Assembly: GCA_002104905.1 (NCBI GenBank)
Contig: MCFE01000444.1
Coordinates: 1-64,000 of the forward strand
Length of the DNA stretch: 64,000 nucleotides
Reading direction: 5' to 3'
From: Basidiobolus meristosporus CBS 931.73
Lineage: Eukaryota; Fungi; Basidiobolomycota
The notes under the pieces were generated by a model. That model saw nothing but the letters and a program-made list of their open reading frames with translations, was not told the DNA's origin and searched no databases. Made by a program: the position numbers and the translations under genes. Numbering within the stretch: the stretch's first letter is position 1; each line of letters opens with the position of its first letter. Shown here piece by piece: positions 1-11,089 of this stretch.

Positions 1-3000
1 GCTTTTTGGGAGGCTGTGGCGCGCTTTCCTCGTCGTGTCACGTGCTTCATCTCCAACTCAAGCTCATCATCCGAAGCCATCGGCTCAGGGTCGTTCTTAC
101 GAGTGCGCTTGCGACGTCCGGATTTGACCTTTGGGGATTCATCGGCAACCTTACCCTCAGTGGGTTCGACCTTTTCCTCATCAGTGACATCGTGATCGGA
201 GGTTTCACGCTGGCCTCGACTTTCTCCACCGTTCTCTTGCTTCTTTTTGAAGCGCGAGTGATCGGCAGGGGTTCCGGAACAATCTCTGCCTCGGGTTGCT
301 CCTCGTCTTCTTGAGCGACCTTCCTGGATCTCTTTGAGCGGGTTTTGGTCGATCTCGACGAAGGTTCCTCTTCGTTGGACTCCTCGAGAGTACGTTTACC
401 GCGAGTCTTGATCTGGGCTCTTCACTGACATTGGCCTCGACGTGGCTAGGTTCCTCGGGCTTACTTTTCTTGGTCCTGCGTGTGGTCTTCCGTGGTTTGG
501 GGAGAGGCGCCTCCTCTTCTTGCTCCTCCTTCTCTTCTATGGGATCGGATTCCTCGATGGCAGCCTCGGGTTGGGGTGCCTCAACTTCGTGTTGCGGTTT
601 TGATTTCTGACGGGTAGAACGAGGACGGATGGGGGAGTCGACTTCCTCATGTTGGGTATCTTCATCAGGAACGGTATTAGTTCTGGTTGCCCTGGTTGAG
701 CGAGTGCGAGCAGGCTTGGATGTCTCCTGATTCTCGGATTGAGCGACTCGTTTGCTAGCTCTTACGGGGCGAGTCTGGTTAGCGCCATCCGAATTGGATT
801 CTGGATACTGAATAACTCTGTCACCCCTTCGGCGGGATCTAGTGGATCTGGCAAGGGTCACATTGGAGGTGGGCGAGGATTTCATTGGGGTATCATGCTC
901 ACTATGCTCCTCGGTTTCGCTAGAAACTTCTTGTTCGGGTTCCTTGCGCTTAGGGGTGGTTGCAACCTCGGCATCATTCACGTTCGGTTGATCGTCAGCT
1001 TCAGCGATCTCTGTGCCCTCATGGTCACTAGCTTCTGCTTCCTCTGGCAGTGCAACTTCGGAGACTTCTTCCGATTTGTCTTGTGGCTCGACATCCACCT
1101 CGGAATCTGCTTCATTGTCACTAGGTTGCTTTTCACCCACATTGTCCAATCCCATATCATCATGCTCGCTAACCACGGTTTCCTCTGGCTGTTTGAGGTG
1201 GGAGTCTTCAGGCAGTTGGTCTTCTGGCTCAACATTTTCGTTGGTTGCTTCTACATCCGATTCAACTTCTGGTTTAACATGGTCATCCGTGATATCAACT
1301 TCTGGCTGAGCTTCATCACTCTTCGCTTCATCCGACTCCATCTCTTCGTCATCACTGGGTTTCTCGGCACCTGCATTATCTGTAGCCATATCTTCATGAT
1401 CGCTAACCTCAGGTTCCTCAAGCTGTGCGACGTTGAGGCCTTCATCTAGCTTGTCTTCAGATTCGACATTTAGGTCTTCTGACTCAGCGTCAACAACCTT
1501 GGCATCCACGTCCAGGCCGTCCTCTGATTGAGCCTCATCATCCTTGGCATCAACCTCCGCATTGTCCAAAGCAAAATCTTCATGATCGCTAACCTCAAGC
1601 TGTGCAACGTCGGGATCTTCATCTGGCTTATCTTCAGATTCGACATTTCCGTCCTCTGACTTGGCATCGTCAGTGTTGGTATATGCATCCAGTTCGGCCT
1701 CTGACTGGGCCTCGTCGTCCTTAGCATCAACCTCTAGAGTGTCATGTGCCTCGACATCGGCTTCACCACTCAAATTCTCTTCGGGTAAAGCATCATCTGC
1801 TTCGTCGAGTTCATCTTGGTGCACGTTAACAGTGCCGTGTTCCTCGCCATTTTCATCGATTTGCTTATTATCGTCCGTCTCTTCGCCACTTTCGTTGTTG
1901 GGTGCTGTTCCTATCTCTTTCTCGCTCACATCGACAGCAACTTCATTCTGAAGAGTCTCTTCAGTCGCTTCTTGCTCAAATACCAACGTGCTAACATCCT
2001 CCTCCTCCTCCTCCTCCTCCTCCTCCTCATCATCATCATCGTTTGCTTGATTAAGATCGGCATTCTCCGAATCATTGATGACTTCCTCCTGATCTTCCAT
2101 ATCTTCATCTTGATCTTTTTCCTCGACTGCCTTGACATGTTCAACGATTTCGGTTGGGTCCTTGATAGGATCATCAAGAAGAACACCCTCCTCAAGTGGT
2201 TTGCCGGCTTCGACTGAGCCCGAAGGGTCGTTCTCGGGATCGAGGGGACCTGCAATATGCTCTACCTCTGCTTCCACCATTGCTTCATAGCTCACATCTG
2301 GAGTTTCCTCCTCGTTCAGTTCGGCAGCAGTTTCCCCGGACTCCTCTACGGCCAGTGGCTTTTGTTCAGCTTCCTCGTTAGTATTCTCCACCTCGGAATC
2401 GATATCCATCATAGTCTCATCGAGCTCGGAATCCTCTTTGCTGACGGTCACCACTTCTTGATTCGATTCGGAAATGGTGCCAAGCCCCTCCAGGCCTGCA
2501 ATGAAGTCGGAGAAATTAGCATCTTCTATATTAGCCTCGGTGGCTAGCGAGGCTTGGGGGGAGGGTGCGAGAGGAGAGTCTGCTACGCTACTTGTAGGAG
2601 TTACGTTGGAGCTAGGTGTACAAGTCGACTTCGCCGCCAGAGGGGATTCTGGTAGGTGGGCATCACTGCCGGGGGTCGGAGTAGATAGTAGGTTAGCGAT
2701 CGTTTCGCCTTCAATGAAACTTTCAGTATCCATATCCATATGCATGGATGGGGTTTTGCCGGACTGGCCAAGGTCCACCGCTCTTTGGCTAACAACGGAT
2801 TCCGCGTCTACGGTCAATGCGTTGATGGAATCTGGGGTGAAGAATTTCTCCTCGGACGCTTTAGGTGACGGGGTAGCGAAAAGATTGGCTATGGCCTCGC
2901 CTTCCCGGAGACTCTCACAAGTGTCCACAGTGGTGGTAAGCGGCTTGCGAGTTGGAGTGACCACATCGGGGAGTTGAAGAGTCGACGAAGGCGAATCGAC

Positions 3001-5360
3001 GGACATGGGGGAGTGTGGGCTTTCAAGGTTCCTGCTTGGAGGGGTGGCGAAAAGCTCGGCTATTTCCTGGCCTTGTCTGACACTTTCCGATAGGCTTCCG
3101 GAAGTAGGCATGGTTTGAGGAGTGGTGGGTGCGCTATCCTGCTCTACTGATATAGATGTATTCGGCGTTTGATCACCGCTTGCATCATCACCATCTCTGT
3201 CGTCATCTGTATGCGAATCAGATTCATCCTTCTCAACATTAGGAAATGTAGTGACTTCAGAGTCGGAAAGATCACCAGCTGGCGAGGATGGGCTTTCTTC
3301 GGGCTGCAGATTGGCAGCATCGGCGTCGCCATGGCTAGCCGTGACTTCCATTCTGTCGCCTGAGGTGTCAGAAGAGTGAACGGGCGAAACCATTGAGGTG
3401 TCGAAAAGCTCCGCAATAGCAATCCCTTCAGAAATGCTGTCCGAGGTGAATGTCGCCGAGAACGCTGGTGCTCGTTTCTCTGGTGTGGACAATCCATCTG
3501 CAGCTTCTTCGACGAAATCCTCTGACGCTTCGATACTCACGGTGATAAGGCTCTCGGATGAGGTGATTACGTTGCCAGGCTCAGCGGATGACAATTGCTC
3601 GGACCCATTATTACCGGTTAGAATGCTATCCTCGACCGGTTTTTCATCGCCATCCGTATTGGATTCTATCGTCTCTGACTCGTGATTGTCTTGCGATGGA
3701 TCTATGCTGTGCAAGAACTCCTTGGCCTCTTCGGCCAAATCAACACCCTCAGCAAAATCGTCGTTGGAATCCAATGTGATTGGGCTGCTTTCTTTCGCAC
3801 GGAATTGCTTCAGGACGTTCTTTAGCAATGAGGAGGATGGCGTGGTGGGTTTGGCGCAGACGGAGTCTCTCAGAGGGGTCTGCTTGATGGAAGGGGTGAT
3901 TCTACCCTTCTTCAGTGGAGAATTGGGTGGAAGCGCCTTGTCGAATATCTCCGGACTAAGATCTGGCCCGAATGTGACTCGACGTACAGATAAAGGCTCC
4001 GAGGCATCGGAGATCACGTCTCTTAATTTACTGTGTGATAATGCTGGGGTCCCGCTGGGAGTCTTCTTTCCTCGCTTGAGTGGAGAATTTGGAGGCAGAG
4101 TGCGGTCGTAAATCTCCGGGCTCAAGTCGGGCCCGAAAGTGACTTTGCGACGCGGATTCTCTTCCGTGGCATCATTGGTGGTGGTGACCGATGGCTCGGA
4201 ATGATCCTGCTCAGGCTTGATTGCTAGCAAGCTGGTGTGGTCCAGCAGTGAGGATCTCCGTCTTGAGGAACGGCGACCAGGTGAACGAGGTTGCATGAGC
4301 GACGTTGTATCCAATGACTTTCTCTTCTTAGAACTCGCACTGCTCAATAGGAGCAGCGCCTTGGGAAGCTTCGGAGATGCCTCGTTAGCATCAGCAATAT
4401 GGTCTTGCTTAGGCTCCTGGACTTTCTCCGTTGAATCCTCAGTCTTTACCTTCACATCACATGCTTCCATGTTGTTGATTACTGACGGGATTATCTCCAC
4501 GTTCTTGTGATCACTGGCCGCGTGAGCATTGGCGAGGATCTGGCTTGACTGGTTCAACTTGTCACTGATTGTATTCAGCTGACTTTCGCATTTGGCGATT
4601 GCATCCTCGGCTTTGATATGCAGGTCATCCATGTCTGGCTCCTCAGTCTTAAGCATGGAGAACGCAGAGTATTGCGTCTGGTCTTCTTGCTTGATTTGAC
4701 TCTCTCTGTAACTCTGGGCCGTACCCAGGATAGGCCTCACGCTTTTTTTGGATGGCTCGGTGAAAGGGGCCCTGGTGTGTCCCTTGACTTGATTTGTGAG
4801 GGGCGTGGTGGTGCGATTGAATGGTCGTGTGGATGATTTAAGTGGAGTGGCGGAGGCATTCGTTCTGCTGATGGGGCGAAGTGGTTTTGAAACATGTACG
4901 GTTGGCTGTGGCTTGGCCGCGTTCGGAGAGGAATACTCGAAACGGAAGGTTCGGTCGTGGATGGTGATGATATCTTTGTCATTCAGCGCTCTTCGGTCCT
5001 GCTCGCCGAGCTTCTCTCCATTGACCATGGTCCCGTTTTTGCTGAAATTGATAAGGGTAGCCTGCAACGGTGGGGACGATTAGCATCATCAGCCTCATGT
5101 TGTCGTCCAACTCGCCGCTTACCTGACCCTCTTTTTCGAAGGAAATTTTACAGTGGTTGTCGGCGATCTGAGGTAAGTATATACGAACATCGCAGGTGAG
5201 TTGCCTAGAGGTGAATGGTCAACTGCTATGCCCGTTATCAGCCATGAGAAACTTCAAACCATATTTACTTTCCGATAAGAAACTCCTTTTTGTTGATCGG
5301 AAAAGTCTTGAAGTCCCCGCCAACTCTACGGGTGACTATAAAGCTTCCATAATATCCCAT
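1..5360 (-). CDS. MKI67-like: Ki-67/RepoMan-like protein (FHA + two PP1-binding motifs + repeats), >1700 aa, 3' end outside the window
   Basis: Exons 5360-5269, 5204-5123 and 5061 onward, with GT..AG introns, splice to MGYYGSFIVTRRVGGDFKTFPINKKEFLIGKQLTCDVRIYLPQIADNHCKISFEKEGQATLINFSKNGTMVNG...DIITIHDRTFRFE. This aligns by eye with the Ki-67 FHA domain. Two RVTFGPDLSPE(I)xDxxLPPNSPLKxG motifs lie at ~4069-4152 and ~3906-3985. The frame is open to ~414, then two apparent 1-nt deletions (~414, ~207) separate natural-looking continuations that run to position 1. Confidence 0.85.
1388..1735 (-). repeat. Intragenic ~180-nt tandem duplication encoding acidic DAKDDEAQSE...VESEDK.DE...VAQLEVSDHED repeats
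   Basis: tcttcatgatcgctaacctc, cttcagattcgacatt and ctga(t/c)tg(a/g)gcctc(a/g)tc(a/g)tcctt each occur twice about 180 nt apart. Confidence 0.85.
1996..2040 (-). repeat. (CTC)n(ATC)n coding microsatellite giving a poly-Asp/poly-Glu tract
   Basis: Seen directly; translates as DDDDEEEEEEEEEED in the Ki-67-like frame. Confidence 0.95.
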
Positions 5361-5827
5361 GGTTCGAGTTTGTGCAAGTCGAAGGGACAACTAGAGCAGG
5401 ATCGGTTAGGCGGGCCGAATATATATATGTTTGGTGGGGTTGTGGCTAGCCTACCTGAAAACGTGCGGTGCTATGAAAGGAAAGGTTAGTAGAATGTGTT
5501 GAATGAGTCCACCCTCTATTTGCTCTTCAGTGGCTATTCCTTAATGTTCGTAAACTAGCAGTGGGAGATGTAAAGTGTGGCCGGTATCCTCCGCACAAAC
5601 TATTTATTAGCCATCACTCAAGTGTAAACATCCTATCGAGCGTAAACAAATCAGCCATGTTGTCATTGGGTTTTGTCCCTTGTTTTTCCACGCCGAGCCA
5701 ATCAGCCATCTAACCCTCTCTGGTGGACAACACTCATAACAAAAACAATCCGAATTTCCGCCAACTTGGCTATGTTTCTGATTCGATTTATTCAAGATTC
5801 ATCCTCCGAGGTGGCATTAATTTTACA

Positions 5828-6917
5828 TTATCCGTCAGAGTTAATCTCCTCCCACAGATCAAGTTGTCCGAAATAATCTATCACAATGCTAATGAGCATG
5901 TTCAACGATGCTATTTGCTCACCAGTGCCGTTTGTCTGAGATGGAATGGTTTTAGCCAGAGGCCGCGCCTACAACGCCACGGAAACCACTTACCAGGTTT
6001 GTGCGTATGGCGCCCCACTGGCGGCATAGCTCTCGAAGAGTTGATATACTGTCGGAGGTGAGCAATTTGTCGACACGAAGAAGCAGGGCAAATAGCCATT
6101 GCGCCTTGGCATGAATGTTAGCCTTGATCCATTCTTTGGCGGATTTCGAAGCAATGCTTACTTGATTTTTGGTGAGCGAGTCCTCATCTAGCCAGTCGAT
6201 GTGGTACTCCAGCAGGGCCAGCGTTGTTTTCTTGTTGGAAATCGATTAGCGTTTCGCTGGGAAAAGTTACTCCGTATTCAACCTAGTACCTGGTCCATTT
6301 TTAGCACAACGGATGCGTATGGCAGCAATGGTTGAGCTTCTGCGGGAGTCTCAGCCTTTGAGGAATCCCCGTAGAGAAGACCAAGCCACGCTGTTTCATC
6401 TTTTATGCCTGGCAAGCCCTCAATGCGGCTTGACGACTTTATGGTTTTCCTTCTCTCCTCGACAGTCTAAAGTTTAAAGCAACATCAACATCCATTGTCT
6501 ACATGGCGCATACCCAAAAAGTTCCGTTACTTTACGCAGCCGACTAAATCGTAGCTTGAACGCCTCTCGCCATTCTGGTGACGGTACTCGGCTAACCGGT
6601 TGTCCTTTGACCTTTTCCGCTTCTCTAGGGGTTTTTGGTATGGAGGTTGGAATGGAAGTAGACGGCTTGTTTTTGGCGATGAATACACTTGGTCGATTAT
6701 TGGCTTCCATGCTTCAAACAGAGAAAAAAGCTTAATGGGTGGGGATGGGGAGGTTGTTCTAGGCGACCTACCGAACCATCCTCAGGTACTCTTCACCAGT
6801 TGTGGGCGGCCCATCAAGATCCACGTCTGCCGTAGCTACTGGTAAGGCTGATCGGTGATTCCAGTCTTCCTCGTCGTTCCCTTTGACATAAAGTTTGGTC
6901 TTTGAATTGGTCGCCAT
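5828..6917 (-). CDS. GEMIN2: Gemin2 (SIP1/Brr1 family) SMN-complex subunit, 6 exons
   Basis: Spliced product contains PPTTGEEYLRMVRMEANNRPSVFIA, PSPEWREAFKLRFSRLR, LPGIKDETAW, AQWLFALLLRVDKLL...LRELCRQW and SLNMLISIVIDYFGQLDL*. These match the characteristic Gemin2 blocks. Canonical introns include 6771-6712 and 6530-6467. Confidence 0.9.
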
Positions 6918-7561
6918 GAAATCCACTCAACGAAGCTATTTGCATGTTGCAATTGATATGTTCGGGTTGGATGTGATACGCTGTTGATGTATTCCAGAAT
7001 AGATGGCCAGGAATGGTGAGCCCCTCATTCTAGAATATGTCTGAAGCGACAGATACGAAGTATGGCTGCAGTCACATATCTTGCGGAAGACTTCGGAGAT
7101 AACCAATTCCTGAATCGGATTACTAACAATGGGTCATGATGACTGATCTACGTGAATGTTTCAATGAATGTTGTTTCACCCAAACCCAGTCCAAACTCCG
7201 ATACGCTATTGCACCGATGGCAGCACAAAGATAGCTAATGACAGAAGCTTAAGTGCAAGAGCGAGTGCGAATGGGGTATTTGTGGAATTGAAGTAAATAA
7301 GGATGTGTGAATGCTCAGTGGATGATGTATGGGATTCAATCAACCCCCTTCGATGAGGCATGTTTCTGATTCTCCTTTTTCCGATTTTATAAATTTTACC
7401 CAGCTCCTCCCAAGTGTCGCAACCTGGATTTCTCTATTTTTCTCTGTGGCGTTCGTACGTGCCACTTGTGAATATTCCTATACACACCTCGACCTTCCCC
7501 CTGCCCACCTCCCTTCGATTGCGTGCTAGCAGAGTGCTTTAAATATACTATCGTTGAGCCC
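6918..7561. promoter_or_regulatory. Probable bidirectional promoter between divergent GEMIN2 and CASTOR-like genes
   Basis: 644-bp head-to-head spacer with pyrimidine-rich tracts near 7370-7510; inferred from gene arrangement only. Confidence 0.45.
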
Positions 7562-9263
7562 ATGAACATTTCCATTCTTCCCGCGCGTGTGCGCATTCTC
7601 AGCTTCCCTATCAGTTCCCGGCCACTGTGGACACACGCCATCGTGAAAAACACCTTCTTCCCCTCAAGGTTAATACACCATTCAGCTTCGACTATTTCCC
7701 CCGTTTTGTTTTCGTAGTTTTGGTGGGTTCAGTGGAGTTAACCTTTCCTGACCACGGGGTTGTTTGATCAGTGCTTGTTTTGGAACTCGGTTTATCAGTG
7801 AACGTACTATTTGCGGGCCAATTGTTAACCATTTTTCTTTTTTTATCTACACCACCCGCTCGTTGAAACCTGTGCTTACTGCTCCTCCGACTCACCTTTC
7901 ACCTCTTCGTTGCCTCTCGCCTCGCCACTTTTCTCTCGACCGACCTGTTCCCACCGTAGACGGGACAGCTTTTTCAGTTACACCGAGAATGTCTCCGAGA
8001 TCTCCATCATCGCCGACGTCGTTTCCGTGGAGAAGGACTTCTTGCAATCCCCGGCGTTGAAGTCCACTCCCGGGATAAAGATCTGCGAAGACATATTTCG
8101 GGTACTAGAGATTGATAACGCTTACGGAATGGGTATGCGCTTGTTTTCCCGAACCCCATCAACCCTTTCGCTGACCGTATTTCTAGAGCTCAATTCGCGA
8201 CGAATCAACGAACTCACAGGCCCCCTCGCTAGAGCTGGAATCAGTATATTCTATTTGTCGACCTATCAAACCGATTATTTCCTTGTAAGTGGGCTAGGAA
8301 CCGGTTGGTCTCGGTGGGGGTAGAGTACTCACGGAACTTTTCATTTCGCAGATCAAGGAAAAACGGATCCCGTTCGCCGTAGAGACTTTGCAAGCCTGCG
8401 GGTTCGACTTCATCGATCTTGACACGGTGGAGCTAGCCACCCCTCCCGAGTCCCCATTCCCTATGGAGATCCCCGCGGGGAGCTTCAATTTGGAGCAACC
8501 GCCCACCAGCCTGGAGTCGATGGAAAATCTTGGCAACGGCAACTTGCTTGAGCAAGATATCATCGTCCAGGTTCGTCGACAATGTACCAAGATCGTCACG
8601 AAGCACAAGCTTCGACTGGTCGGATTGGACAAGGAGTACCGAGATAATTGGGCCATGACGTTGATCCGCATTCTACTCTACCCCGAGCTTGAGGAGGACT
8701 TCAGGTAATCCCGACGGTTCCCACCACCGCATTTCCGATACTAACCGCCACCCTGCTCCACAGAAGCACCAAGTCTCGATTCGTGTCCTTCACTGCTACC
8801 GAGGATGGGATCTCCCTGATCGTCGAGGAAAGCGTTTTGGCCCAGTTCGAACATTACATGATCAACATGAGCCTGACCAGACTGCCCATGAGGTTGATTC
8901 AGATCGACCTTTCAATTTTCGGTGAGGGTTGGTTTACTCGGCTCTCGGCCTTGCCAAGTGCATCCGGTACTAACGAATGTTTTAGTATGCGACCGGTACG
9001 GAATCGTCCACTCCATGTCCAACCCCCTCAGCGATGCTGGTATCAATCTCATCTACCTAAGTACCACCCAATGCGCCAATGTGCTGGTAAGTGGACGGCC
9101 TCGAGTCAGCTCTCCCAATGTCCCCTAGTAACAATCGCTTTAGGTTGAGGAGGACCACCTGCCCATCGCCCAGCAAATCCTGGAAGCCCTCGACACCCCT
9201 CCGGTAACACCCACTGAGCAGGAGCTAGGGAAGTTTCGTTACGAATCCCACCTAGTCGCTTGA
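7562..9263 (+). CDS. CASTOR: CASTOR/GATS-family four-ACT-domain protein, 7 exons
   Basis: Exons 7562-7668, 7960-8132, 8187-8284, 8352-8704, 8764-8921, 8986-9086 and 9144-9263 splice in frame. Motifs FFSYTENVSEISII, PLARAGISIFYLSTYQTDYFLI, FVSFTATEDGISLI and DRYGIVHSMSNPLSDAGINLIYLST are typical CASTOR ACT blocks. Confidence 0.88.
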
Positions 9264-9744
9264 GCCCACCAATTCCCAACGTGACCGGCAAATGGGGATG
9301 TGTAGGCCCCGTACGCAATCCGCACCCTGAATACTTCCAACCTGGATTTCCCTGTCCCCCCCTCCCCATGGCTTCAGTAGGTTGCATAGAACCCAGCATA
9401 TTAACCCCCCCTCCCGGGTGGTGTGTACTCGTAAATTGTAGATATACTCCGTGACTATGTGGGCCAAAATCAGTCAGCAGTCAATTCTTTCGTGAAACTT
9501 CTTCCAATGATTCCTAACCACCCAGTGCCGCATCCCCCTCTCCTATCATCATCCCATCTTCACCTTCACCTTCACCTCCGCCCCCCTCTTCCCTTCCGTT
9601 CCCTTCTCTTTCAGTGCCCCGGCCCAGGTCGCTTTCCTTTTCCTTAGTAGAGACCCACTATTCTTAAGCACTGCACATGCATCGCGTTCAATAAACCTCG
9701 CTTCTCTCTGGAACCTTCGCCACACCTAGGCTGGATCCGGGTCC

Positions 9745-11065
9745 ATGGTTTGTTGTGACCGCGCGTTTCATGCATGCACCTCCCCCCTGCATCCCGCCTA
9801 CATATCACTGGATGTGCATGGAACTCACGACCAGCCAATCTCCGCCGGTCAGTGCCCGTTGGTAATAAGCAAGGGGAGTGGTCACGGTCAAGTTTCCCCG
9901 ACTGGAACCACTGTTGGGTAGGTTCCCACCGATCCTCCATTGACCATCTTAAGGGACGGCAGGGGGGGGGGCTGGGTGAGGTGCATCCAGACCACCTGCG
10001 TCATCGGGCGTGCTGGAAATCGGAGCAGAAAATCCGCCGGGGGCCAACCTGGGACCTCGGCCATCTGGGTGGATTTGGCCGTGACCACTCATGTCAATCG
10101 AGCATCAACGCCCGGGATCCGAGCCCCATACAGCCATCATTCGGTTGCTGGTAACACCGTGTAAGTTTGTAATGCCTCCTCAGCCATTAGCCACCAACTA
10201 CGAGGCGAGGAGTGCAAGCTAAGCTGACCCCTAACACTTGGTGGGAACGGGGTCCACAGGCTGCCGCTGGGTGATCCCCCCTCCAGTCGCAATGCTTGGC
10301 AGAATGCACCGTGGCTCCTGCGTCACCACCAGAAGGTTCCGCAGTGGCCACATGCACGAGCGCCGGTGGTCGTTTGCGCAACGAACCACGGCCCAAGCAT
10401 CACCCATACAAGTGGCCAGGAGGGAGTTGCATGCGACAGAGCCAAAGCTTTCCCTGAAACCATCCCCCTCCCCCATCCGCCCCTTCCCAAGCCTGGCTTG
10501 TATCACCCTTTACACCAGATTGGCTTGTCCCCTCCCGCTCTCAAACGGGAGCCCTGTTGGAAACATTCTGGAAGATTCAGTCGGCAGATCCGGTGGAACA
10601 TAGGGGTGGGGGAGGGGAATCCGGGACCACTCGGACACCACCGAAGATTTGGGTCGCTTCCATTCCAGGACCTACCGAATCCCCTCGATCCCCACCATGG
10701 TCGATGTTAGGGATGCCACCGATCGGGCCCCGCACCAAGTCACGACGCATGTGGAAGTCGAGTTGGCTCCACGGCTTGCTTCCAAGTCAAGCACACGCTG
10801 ATCTGTCGATTCTGGAAGTGCGAAGGTCACGCTTTGGAGGCCATCGAACACATCACACCATGGTTGGAACTCACTCCGGATGTCTACCATGAGCGGATCC
10901 CAAAATCTCCCTGAGGAGAGCAACCACCAGAATCACTGGTCCCCCAACCGTGCTCTCCCGCAGGCTGGGCGGACCTGCAGAAGGAACGATGGCCTTTTGG
11001 CCCCATCTGCCTGCAAATCAAACACATTGGTGGATCCAATGCTCAAGAGTTTGGGTGGCACCTGA
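9745..11065 (+). pseudogene. Unidentified spliced gene or gene remnant
   Basis: A CT-rich leader (9530-9640) and a canonical intron 10161-10259 (gtaagt, ctaac branch, cag) are present, with CpG-normal, GC-rich, coding-like sequence. No frame gives a recognisable protein, and several frames carry stops. Confidence 0.3.
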
Positions 11066-11089
11066 AGATACCAACCTGCCATTTCCAGC

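Noticed and set aside
6-5083. Many + strand ORFs (e.g. 739-1449, 1816-2217, 2474-2977) overlapping the Ki-67-like gene
   Set aside because: Antisense shadows of a low-complexity acidic coding sequence; no motifs or splice signals of their own.
10603-10625. Four G-runs forming a possible G-quadruplex
   Set aside because: A single motif in a GC-rich remnant with no sign of function.
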